A DNA stretch of 64,000 bases, taken from contig JASGHJ010000001.1 in the NCBI GenBank assembly GCA_047602405.1, positions 448,001 through 512,000 of the forward strand. The letters are read 5' to 3'. Shown in pieces: positions 54,030-64,000 of this stretch; position 1 is the stretch's first letter; each line of letters begins with the position of its first letter. This DNA is from Anaeromyxobacteraceae bacterium (lineage in GTDB: Bacteria > Myxococcota > Myxococcia > Myxococcales > Anaeromyxobacteraceae). The notes beneath the pieces were generated by a model. That model was given only the letters and a program-made list of their open reading frames with translations, did not search any database and was not told the DNA's origin. The position numbers and the translations under genes are program-made.

Positions 54030-54622
54030 GCGACGCCGGCGAGGCCCGCGCGAACGGCCGCGCCGCGCCGGCCGGCTCGCACGCCCTCGCCCGCGCCGAG
54101 CTCGGCGTCGCCGACGCCATCGGCGCGATCATGGAGTTCTGGGGGTTCCGCCGGCAGCTCGGGCGCGTGTGGGCGGTGCTCTTCCTCTCCGACCGGCCGC
54201 TCGCCGCCCCGGAGCTCTGCGACCGGCTGCACATCTCGACCGGGCTCCTCTCGATGAGCCTCGGCGAGCTTCGCCGCTGGGGCGTCGTCCGCAAGGTGGC
54301 GGTGCCGGGCGACCGCAAGGAGCACTTCGAGGCGGAGACGAACGTGTGGCGGATGGTGGCCCGGGTGTTGCGCGAGCGCGAGAAGGTCGCGGTCGAGGGC
54401 GCGCTCGCCACCTTCGAGCGGGCGATCGCCGACCTGCGCGCCGCGACCGCCGACGTGGACCCCGCGGTGAAGGCGGCCGCGCGGTTCAAGCTGAAGCGGG
54501 TCGAGCACCTCGCCGACCTCGCGCGCACCGCCCTCAACCTGCTGCGCATCCTGATCGACTCCGCCCGGGTGGACGCCGGGCCGATCAAGGCGATCTCCGA
54601 CGCGCTGACGCGGCGGCACTGA
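54026..54622 (+). CDS. GbsR/MarR-family transcriptional regulator
   Basis: IMEFWGF.R..GRVWAVLFLS..PL, wHTH SMSLGELRRWGVV, GDRKEHFEAE; GTGA overlap with mqnP. Confidence 0.87.
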   Translation: MSDAGEARANGRAAPAGSHALARAELGVADAIGAIMEFWGFRRQLGRVWAVLFLSDRPLAAPELCDRLHISTGLLSMSLGELRRWGVVRKVAVPGDRKEHFEAETNVWRMVARVLREREKVAVEGALATFERAIADLRAATADVDPAVKAAARFKLKRVEHLADLARTALNLLRILIDSARVDAGPIKAISDALTRRH

Positions 54623-54675
54623 CGCTTTCCGCGACGCGGAGTTGACCGGGCCGCCCGGCGCGGGATGATCCGTGG

Positions 54676-55965
54676 GTGGCGCCGCCCCCGACCCGTGAGC
54701 TCATCGCCCGCCTGACCCAGGGCGCGTTCCTCGACGCGGCCCGGGTGCTCGTCCCCGTGCTCGCCACGCCGGTGGTGGTGCTCACGGTCGTGGTGGAGGT
54801 CCTGACCGGAGCGCCGCTCGAGCCCGTGCTGGTCCAGGTCGGGGCGTTCCTCCTCCTGTCCGGAGGCGCGTTCGTCTTCCGGGGCCGCCCGGACGTCTCG
54901 GCCGGCTGCCTCGTCGCGCTGCTCGCGGCGGAGGGCGCGATCTCCGCCGCCATGTTCGGCCCGCTCGCCGGGAACGGCGCGCTCGTGCTCGCCGCGAGCC
55001 TGCTCGCGCTCGCCTTCTACGGCGCGCCCCGCGGCGTCGTCGCCTCGGCGCTCGCCTTCGGCGTCTACGCGGGCGTCGGCGCGCTCATGGTGGCCGGCGT
55101 CCTCCCCGCGCCGCACCCCGGCGGCGTGGACTTCTCCCGTGCGCTGCCCTGGCTCCGCGTGGCGATGACGCTCGCGGTCGCCATCGCGAGCCTGGGCGCC
55201 CTGCAGGGCATCCTGCACCGGGCGCTCGCGCGGGCGATGGAGCAGGGCGCCGAGGAACGGGCCCGCGCGCTCGCCGCCGCCCGCGAGCGCGAGGAGGCCT
55301 TCCGGGCGCTCTCGTCCGCGCAGCGGGTGGAGTCGATGGGCTACCTCGCGGGTGGGCTCGCGCACGACCTGCGCAACACGCTCACCGTCGTGCTCTCCGG
55401 CGCCCAGGCGCTCCGGGGGCAGCCCCGTCACGCGGCGGAGATCCTCGACGACCTCGAGCGCGCCGCGCGCACCGGCGTGCAGGGTGCGCAGCGGCTCCTG
55501 GCCCTCGCCCGGCCGCCGACCTCCGAGCGGTGCCGCCCCGCCGAGGTGATCGCCAGCCTCGGCCGGCTGCTGGCCCCGGTGCTCCCGCCCGACGTGCGGC
55601 TGCGCGTGGAGGCGCCGGCGACGCGCGAGGTGGCGATTCCCGAGGCCGCGCTCTCGCAGGCGGTGCTCAACCTGGCCGTGAACGCGCGGGACGCCATGCC
55701 GGCCGGGGGCGAGCTGTCGCTGCGGGCGCACGACGACGGCGGCGTGGGCCCGATCGTCGTCGAGGTGACCGACAGCGGGACGGGCATGGACGCCGGGACC
55801 CTCGAGCGCGCCTTCGAGCCGCTCTTCACGACGAAGCCCGGGCACGGCACCGGCCTCGGCCTGCCGATGGTCAAGCGCACCACGGAGGAGGCGGGCGGCT
55901 CGGTCGAGGTGGAGTCGACGCCCGGCCGCGGGACGCGGGTGCGCCTCCTGCTGCCGCTCGCGTGA
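54676..55965 (+). CDS. Membrane sensor histidine kinase
   Basis: N-terminal TMs; LAGGLAHDLRN, NLAVNARDAM, DSGTGM, FEPLFTTK, GTGLGL. Confidence 0.92.
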   Translation: MAPPPTRELIARLTQGAFLDAARVLVPVLATPVVVLTVVVEVLTGAPLEPVLVQVGAFLLLSGGAFVFRGRPDVSAGCLVALLAAEGAISAAMFGPLAGNGALVLAASLLALAFYGAPRGVVASALAFGVYAGVGALMVAGVLPAPHPGGVDFSRALPWLRVAMTLAVAIASLGALQGILHRALARAMEQGAEERARALAAAREREEAFRALSSAQRVESMGYLAGGLAHDLRNTLTVVLSGAQALRGQPRHAAEILDDLERAARTGVQGAQRLLALARPPTSERCRPAEVIASLGRLLAPVLPPDVRLRVEAPATREVAIPEAALSQAVLNLAVNARDAMPAGGELSLRAHDDGGVGPIVVEVTDSGTGMDAGTLERAFEPLFTTKPGHGTGLGLPMVKRTTEEAGGSVEVESTPGRGTRVRLLLPLA

Positions 55966-56188
55966 GGTCAGGCCGCGGGTGACGGTCCAGGCGTCCTTGG
56001 GGGGTCGAGGAGTCGGGCGGCCGGACCGTCAGGGAGGAGACCTCCCCGTGCCCCAACGTGGAGGCACGCGCGCGTGGCTCCAAGATGCGCGCCGCGGTCG
56101 TGGATCGGATCGGGCAGTTCGTCGCAGCCCCACGCGGCCGCGCGTGTCCCATACCAACCGTCAACGACCCACCCGAACGGCTCAGCCC

Positions 56189-57508
56189 TCAGGAGGCGAG
56201 CAGGGCCTCCGCCGCCGCGCTCGCCTCGGCGGCGATGCGGGCCTCGTCCTCGCCCAGCAGGCGGCCCTCGCGGAGCCGCACCTCGCCGTCGACGATCACC
56301 CAGGCGGCCGGTGCCCCGGCCCAGAGCAGCGCGAGGTCGCCCGGCGCGATCGCGGGCGGAGGCGGCGCGGACGGGCGCCACTCCAGCACGACGAGGTCCG
56401 CGAGCGCGCCGGTCTCGATCGCGCCGACGGTGTCGCCCACGAGCTCCGAGGCGAGCCGCGCCGCCGCGGGCCAGGCGAGCCCGCCCACGAGGCCGGCGGC
56501 CGCCGCCGCGCTGCGCTCCGCCTGGCGGAGCCACAGCGCCGCGGCGAGCGCCTCGCCCGCGACGTCCGGGAGGAGCCCGTCGGTGCCGAGCGCGACGGAG
56601 ACGCCCATCGTCGCGAACGCGAGCACCGGCGGCAGCGGCGCGCCCCAGTACGCGGCCGCGCGGGGGGTCAGGGCGAGCGTCGCCCCGGTGGTGGCGAGCG
56701 CGGCGGCCTCGGAGTGGATGGAGGTGCCGGCGTGCGCGACGACCGCGCGAGGCCCGAGGAGCCCGTGCCCGGCCAGCAGGTCGAGCGGCCGCCGCGAGAA
56801 GCGCGAGAAGACGTGGGCGAGGTCGGCCTCGTCCTCGGCGACCGAGGCGAGCAGCCCGTGCTCGGCGGCGTGCGCGGCGAGCTCGTCGAGCACGTCGGGG
56901 TCGACCCCGGAGAGCCCGCCGAGGCCGACGGCCCCGAGCTGCCGCGCGTCCGCCCCGCGGCTCCGCGCGAAGGCGGCGCCGTCCGCGACGTCCGCGCGGC
57001 GGGGCGGCTCGCCGCGCGGCCCGCGCGCCGCGTAGGCGTGCACGGTGCGCAGGCCCACCGGCGCGACACCGCGCGCGACGGCCTCGAGCGCGGCGACGCC
57101 CGCGCCCGGCGGCCCGGACACGAGATCGAGCGCGGTGGTGGTGCCCGCACGGAGCGCGGCGAGCGCGCCCGCCCGGGAGAGTGCGGTGAGCTGCGCCGGC
57201 GTGGCGCGGGCGGCGAGGCGATCCCGGAGGCCCGCGCGCAGATCGGCCACGGTCGCGGGCGGCCGGCCCGGGAGCCCGGCCCGGCGGAGCAGCGCGCCGA
57301 ACGCGAGGTTCGTGTGGGCGTCGACGAGCCCCGCGACGACGAGGCGGCCGTCGGCGTCGACCTCCCAGTCGCCCGGCAGGGAGGGCACCGCGGTCCCGGC
57401 GGGCGCCACGGCCGCGATCCGGCGGCCCTCGACGACGAGGGTGGTCCCGGGCCCGTGCGGTGGGAGGAGCGCGTTGCGGACGACGAGGCGGGCCACGGCG
57501 GCCATCAT
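56189..57508 (-). CDS. Amidohydrolase-fold protein (SsnA-like) with degenerate metal site
   Basis: DADGRLVVAGLVDAHTN, AGTTTALD, LGTDG, GALADLVV. Confidence 0.8.
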   Translation of the reverse strand: MMAAVARLVVRNALLPPHGPGTTLVVEGRRIAAVAPAGTAVPSLPGDWEVDADGRLVVAGLVDAHTNLAFGALLRRAGLPGRPPATVADLRAGLRDRLAARATPAQLTALSRAGALAALRAGTTTALDLVSGPPGAGVAALEAVARGVAPVGLRTVHAYAARGPRGEPPRRADVADGAAFARSRGADARQLGAVGLGGLSGVDPDVLDELAAHAAEHGLLASVAEDEADLAHVFSRFSRRPLDLLAGHGLLGPRAVVAHAGTSIHSEAAALATTGATLALTPRAAAYWGAPLPPVLAFATMGVSVALGTDGLLPDVAGEALAAALWLRQAERSAAAAAGLVGGLAWPAAARLASELVGDTVGAIETGALADLVVLEWRPSAPPPPAIAPGDLALLWAGAPAAWVIVDGEVRLREGRLLGEDEARIAAEASAAAEALLAS

Positions 57509-57600
57509 GGTCCCGGGAGGCCGCGGTTGCCAACGGGGCAGGGCACACCCGGCGGCCAACCTTGCCCACCCCCAGCGGATCGCATAGATAAGGCCCCCTC

Positions 57601-58694
<1,094 letters not shown>

Positions 58695-58698
<4 letters not shown>

Positions 58699-59657
58699 CC
58701 CTTCCTCGTGAACACCAGCACCGCCGGATCGATCTCCGGCGGGAGCAGCATCCGCGAGAGGCGCTCGTCGACGGTCCACGCGAACCCGGTCTGCTCCTCG
58801 TAGGCCTTCCAGTCGCCGGCGGCGTGGCGCTGGCGGCTCCCGAGGACCACGTAGGTCTCGACGTGCGGGGCCTCGAGGATCTTCCGCTCGAAGCGGTTGC
58901 CCGGGGGCGGGAAGGAACACACAACCACCGGCGCCCGGTGGCGCGCGAGCGCGGCCACGGCGTCGAGGCGCTCCACGGACGCCGGGATCCCGGCGCCCTT
59001 CCAGCTGTGGTCGTCGGTGGCGGTGACGGAGACACCCTCCGCCGCGAGGAACCGCGCGAGCGTCCCGTCGCCCGCGGCGACCTCGAGCACCGGACGGCCT
59101 GCGGCGAGCGCCGCGAGCTCCCGCACGAGCGCCCGCGAGTAGAAGCACCAGATGCCGCGCGGCTGCACGAGCGGCATGAGGAGCCGCCGGTCGCCCACGA
59201 GCGGCCAGAGCGCCCGGAACCAGCCGAGCGACGCCGGCCTCCGCGCGAGGCCCTCGCCCTCGAACAGGAGCGCGTTCACGAGCGAGCCCGACCAGCGGCC
59301 CATCCGCACGCTGGCGGAGGCCGTGCCGTCCGACGACCGTCCGGTCGCGGCCGCCTGGAGCGTCCGCTCCACCGCGAGCTTCGCCATCCGGGCCGCGATC
59401 ACCTTCGGCAACGCCTGCTCGAGCACCTCGGGGTTCCCGTGGCTCTTCTTGACCCGCTCGCGCCACGGCGCCGCCGCCGCGAGCGCCCGCTCCACGAACG
59501 CCGCGAGCGCCTCCGGCGAGCGCTTCGCGGAGGCCGCCACGAGCCCCTGCCCCACCTCGCGCCAGAGCGCCGGGTGCGCCTGCATGAGCTCGTCGAGGCT
59601 CGCCTGGTCGACCCGCTCGAGCTCGCGGTGCGTCCGGTCGGATGAGGCCCGCGCCAT
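58695..59657 (-). CDS. Hypothetical protein with C-terminal SAM-methyltransferase-like domain
   Basis: GC3-biased 320 aa [24 protein letters not shown]. Confidence 0.7.
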
Positions 59658-59707
59658 CGCCCGGACCTTACCATCCGCCGCGTTTCCAGCTACCTTGCAC
59701 GCCTCCC

Positions 59708-60568
59708 GTGGCCGAGATCTGGACCCCGCTCAAGCTCCTCGCCTGGACGCAGGACTACTTCGCGAAGAAGTCGGTCGACTCGCCCCGGCTCACCGCGGAG
59801 CTGCTCCTCGCCCACGCGCTCGGCTGCGACCGGGTGCGGCTCTACCTCGACTTCGAGAAGCCCATCCAGGAGCCCGAGCTCGCGACCTTCCGCGCGCTCG
59901 TGAAGCGCCGCGCCGACGGGGAGCCGACGGCGTACCTGCTCGGCAAGCGCGAGTTCTTCGGCCACGGCTTCGCGGTCTCACCCGCGGTGCTCGTCCCCCG
60001 CCCCGAGACCGAGGCGCTCGTCGAGGCCGCCCTCGCGGCGCTGCCCAGGGAGGGCCCCGGGAGCGTGCTCGACCTGTGCACCGGCTCCGGCGCCATCGCC
60101 GTCTCGGTCGCGCTCGGCCGGCCCGGCACCCGGGTGGTCGCGACCGATCTCTCGGAGGAGGCGCTGGCGGTCGCCCGGGCGAACGCGGAGAAGCTCGGCG
60201 CCGTGGTCGAGTTCGCCCACGGCGACCTGTGGGCGGCCGTCCACGCCGGCGATCGGTTCGACGTCATCCTCTCCAACCCCCCGTACATCCCCAGCGCCGA
60301 GCTCGCCGGGCTGTCCCGGGAGGTGCGGCGCGAGCCCTGCATTGCGCTCGATGGCGGGCCCGACGGGCTCGACGTCCTGCGCCGGGTGGTCGCAGGTGCG
60401 CCGTCCCGGCTCGCGCCGGGCGGCGTGCTCGCCGTCGAGCTGCACGAGGGCCACGCCGAGAGGGTGGTGGCGCTGTGCAGGGAAGCTGGCTTCGAGCAGG
60501 CGGAGGGGCGGAAGGATCTGGCGGGGCTGCCGCGTTACGTGGTCGCCCGCATGGCGGCCGGGCGGTAG
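59708..60568 (+). CDS. prmC: Release factor glutamine methyltransferase
   Basis: [42 protein letters not shown]. Confidence 0.96.
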   Translation: MAEIWTPLKLLAWTQDYFAKKSVDSPRLTAELLLAHALGCDRVRLYLDFEKPIQEPELATFRALVKRRADGEPTAYLLGKREFFGHGFAVSPAVLVPRPETEALVEAALAALPREGPGSVLDLCTGSGAIAVSVALGRPGTRVVATDLSEEALAVARANAEKLGAVVEFAHGDLWAAVHAGDRFDVILSNPPYIPSAELAGLSREVRREPCIALDGGPDGLDVLRRVVAGAPSRLAPGGVLAVELHEGHAERVVALCREAGFEQAEGRKDLAGLPRYVVARMAAGR

Positions 60569-60609
60569 GCCCTGTAGTATCCGCGCGGTTTTCCGGGACC
60601 CAGGAGCTC

Positions 60610-61868
<1,259 letters not shown>

Positions 61869-61872
<4 letters not shown>

Positions 61873-62525
61873 CGGGCGAGCTCATCACGGTGGCCGTGCC
61901 GAAGGGCCGGCTCCTCGAGGAGGCCTCCCTCCTCTTCGAGCGGGCGGTCGGCGTCTCGCCGAAGGCGCTCCTCACGAACACCCGCAGGCTCCGGGCGGAC
62001 GCGCCCGAGGCCGGGCTGTCGTTCATCTCGATCCGGGCCGCCGACGTCGCGACCTACGTCGAGGGCGGCGCCGCGGCGGTGGGCATCGTGGGCCTGGACG
62101 TGCTCCGGGAGGAGCCGCGCGACCTGTACGAGCCGCTCGACCTCGGCATCGGCCGGTGTGCCGTGATCGTGGCCCGCCCGAAGGGGGCGAAGCCCTTGCC
62201 GCGGGGCGTCGCGCCCCGGATCGCGACCAAGTACGTCCAGCTCGCCACCCGGTACTTCGCCGAGCAGGGCCTCCCGGCCGAGATCGTGCCCCTCCACGGC
62301 TCCATCGAGGTCGCCCCCTCGCTCGGCCTCGCCGACGCCATCGTGGACATCACCGAGACGGGCGAGACCCTCAAGGCCAACGGGCTCGTGGTGGAGGAGC
62401 AGGTGCTCGAGGTGACCGCCCGGCTGGTCGTGAACCGGGTGGCCCTGAAGCTCCACGCCGAGCGCCTCCGGCGCCTCATCGGGGCGCTGCGCAAGGCCGT
62501 CGCCGAGCACAGGACCGGGGCGTGA
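61869..62525 (+). CDS. hisG: ATP phosphoribosyltransferase, short form
   Basis: [35 protein letters not shown]; 218 aa, no C-terminal regulatory domain. Confidence 0.95.
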
Positions 62526-62550
62526 AGATCGGCGCCGCGGCGGTTGCCCG

Positions 62551-62580
62551 TTGAAAGCGCTCGCCTGATCCCGCTAGACT
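62551..62580 (+). promoter_or_regulatory. Sigma70-like promoter
   Basis: TTGAAA-N18-TAGACT about 90 nt upstream of ORF 62672. Confidence 0.5.
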
Positions 62581-62671
62581 CCCGGTTGCCCCACCTACCC
62601 GGCCGCTCGCTTGTCTCCCGCCTAACGAACGCTCTGTCGTGATGGGTCCCCGAAGGAGGACCTGAATCGTC

Positions 62672-63055
62672 ATGGATTGCCCGCGTTGCTCCGTCGAGCT
62701 CACCGAACTGAAGCAGGACGAGAGCACGATCAACCGCTGCGCCGAGTGCGGTGGTCAGTGGATCGACGTGACGGACCTGAACAAGGTCCTGCTTCACGCG
62801 AACCTGCCCGCGCTCACGTCCATCGCCGGAACGGCGAACCCCGACGAGATCACCGGCGACTGCCCCGCCTGCAACGTGGAGATGGTGGTGGTCGAGGGCG
62901 GTGACAAGAAGTCGATGAGCTACGACACCTGCGAGTCGTGCGGGGGGATCTGGCTCGACGGCGACGAGGACGAGCCCGCCGAGACGATCACCTTCCCGGC
63001 CGCCGAGGGGAACTTCGTCTCCTTCTTCCGGAAGTTCTCGCAGAAGAAGAAGTAG
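62672..63055 (+). CDS. Double zinc-ribbon (zf-TFIIB-like) protein
   Basis: CPRC..CAECGGQWID and CPAC..CESCGGIWLD; AGGAGG RBS. Confidence 0.88.
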   Translation: MDCPRCSVELTELKQDESTINRCAECGGQWIDVTDLNKVLLHANLPALTSIAGTANPDEITGDCPACNVEMVVVEGGDKKSMSYDTCESCGGIWLDGDEDEPAETITFPAAEGNFVSFFRKFSQKKK

Positions 63056-63119
63056 CCCCTGATCCGTCAGCCCCGAGCATAGGGGCCGCGCAGCGGCCCC
63101 GGAGACGAGGGGCGCCCGC

Positions 63120-63812
63120 TCACCAGCTCCGATCGTCCCGCCACGGGTGGGCCGTGTTGCTGTACCCACGGATCTCCCAGTAGCCGCGGCGATCGTGCGT
63201 GAGCAGCTCGAGCCGGCGCAGCCACTTCGCGCCCTTCCACGCCCACAGCTGCGGCGTGACGATCCGCACCGGCCCGCCGTGCGCGGCCGGGAGCGGCGCG
63301 CCCTCCGCCGTGTGCACGACGAGCACGTCCGGCTTCGTCGCCTCCTCGAGCGGGAGGTTGGTCGAGTAGCCGTCGGCGCCGTGGCACATGAGGTGGGTCG
63401 CGTCGGCGCGGGGGCGGGCGAGCGCGAGCACCGTCTCGAGTGCCACGCCGCCGAGCGCGAGGTCGAGCACCGACCACCCGGTCACGCAGTGGAAGTCCGC
63501 CTCGGCCGCCACCTGCGGCAGCGCGAGGAGGTCGGCCATCGTGATCGTGATCGGCGCCTCGCACGCGCCGTCCACCTCGAGCCGCCAGTCGGCCCGCTCG
63601 ACGAGCGGCGTCTCGCCGAGGTCGAGCACCGGCCAGGAGGTCTTCGAGACGACGTTCTGGTTCGGCGGGCACTGCGGCATGCCGTGGCGGTTACGGGGCC
63701 CGGTCCCGAGCGGCGTGGGGTCGGCGAGCGAGGGGGTCCCCCGCTGCCGCTCCCCGAAGCGCGCCCTCAGCGCCGCCACCGCCTCCGCGATCCGCCGGTC
63801 CCGCTCATCCAC
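63120..63812 (-). CDS. Molybdopterin-dependent oxidoreductase (sulfite oxidase/MsrP-like catalytic domain)
   Basis: WPVLDLG, DFHCVTGWS, YSTNLPL, HGGPVR, WKGAKW, GYWEIRGY. Confidence 0.9.
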   Translation of the reverse strand: MDERDRRIAEAVAALRARFGERQRGTPSLADPTPLGTGPRNRHGMPQCPPNQNVVSKTSWPVLDLGETPLVERADWRLEVDGACEAPITITMADLLALPQVAAEADFHCVTGWSVLDLALGGVALETVLALARPRADATHLMCHGADGYSTNLPLEEATKPDVLVVHTAEGAPLPAAHGGPVRIVTPQLWAWKGAKWLRRLELLTHDRRGYWEIRGYSNTAHPWRDDRSW

Positions 63813-64000
63813 AGGCCCACTCTAAGGCCGAGGTCACCCCACGGGGCAGGTCGATGGAGGCGGGGGGGTGAGGGCCGACCCGCCCGCCCGGACGTCCCGG
63901 GCACGGACAGAGGGTCGCGAATGCGGCAAAATCCGAATGGATCGTCAGAGCTTGGGCGATCGCACGGTCCGTTCGTCCCAGGGTCGTTCCGGGCCCGGAA

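Noticed and set aside
63825..64000. Non-coding window end
   Set aside because: No identifiable feature; context is truncated.

Overview
A very GC-rich bacterial chromosomal segment. Gene content and order (prfA-prmC-murA-hisG, futalosine pathway, sigma-54 regulator) suggest Myxococcota, Anaeromyxobacter-like; this is inference. It holds about 55 genes and no rRNA, tRNA, CRISPR array, integrase or transposase that I can see. Blocks in order: YdhV/YdhW-like aldehyde:ferredoxin oxidoreductase module with a sigma-54 response regulator; ankyrin, PhzF, ferredoxin-AlkB fusion, YciI and MBL genes; two OPT transporters flanking a DUF885-like metallopeptidase; YcaQ; a MacAB-TolC-like exporter; an M1 aminopeptidase; a surface-polysaccharide cluster (WecA-like, rmlACB, gmd); asd and truA; a polyprenyl synthase; a tailspike-like secreted protein with Wzi and an M16 peptidase; a futalosine menaquinone cluster (mqnD divergent from ubiD-menG-ubiX-mqnE-mqnA/C fusion-deaminase-mqnP-GbsR regulator); prfA, methyltransferase, prmC, murA, hisG. 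Most notable: (1) a shared TTCAA-N6-TTGAA operator pointing to a GbsR-controlled menaquinone regulon; (2) an MqnA-MqnC fusion; (3) a nested palindromic element apparently translated in-frame in mqnP; (4) a ferredoxin-AlkB fusion lacking a reductase; (5) pervasive TANNNT-N6/7-start leaderless architecture; (6) four single-base frameshifts that are probably sequencing errors. All calls come from motif recognition by eye; no searches were run.
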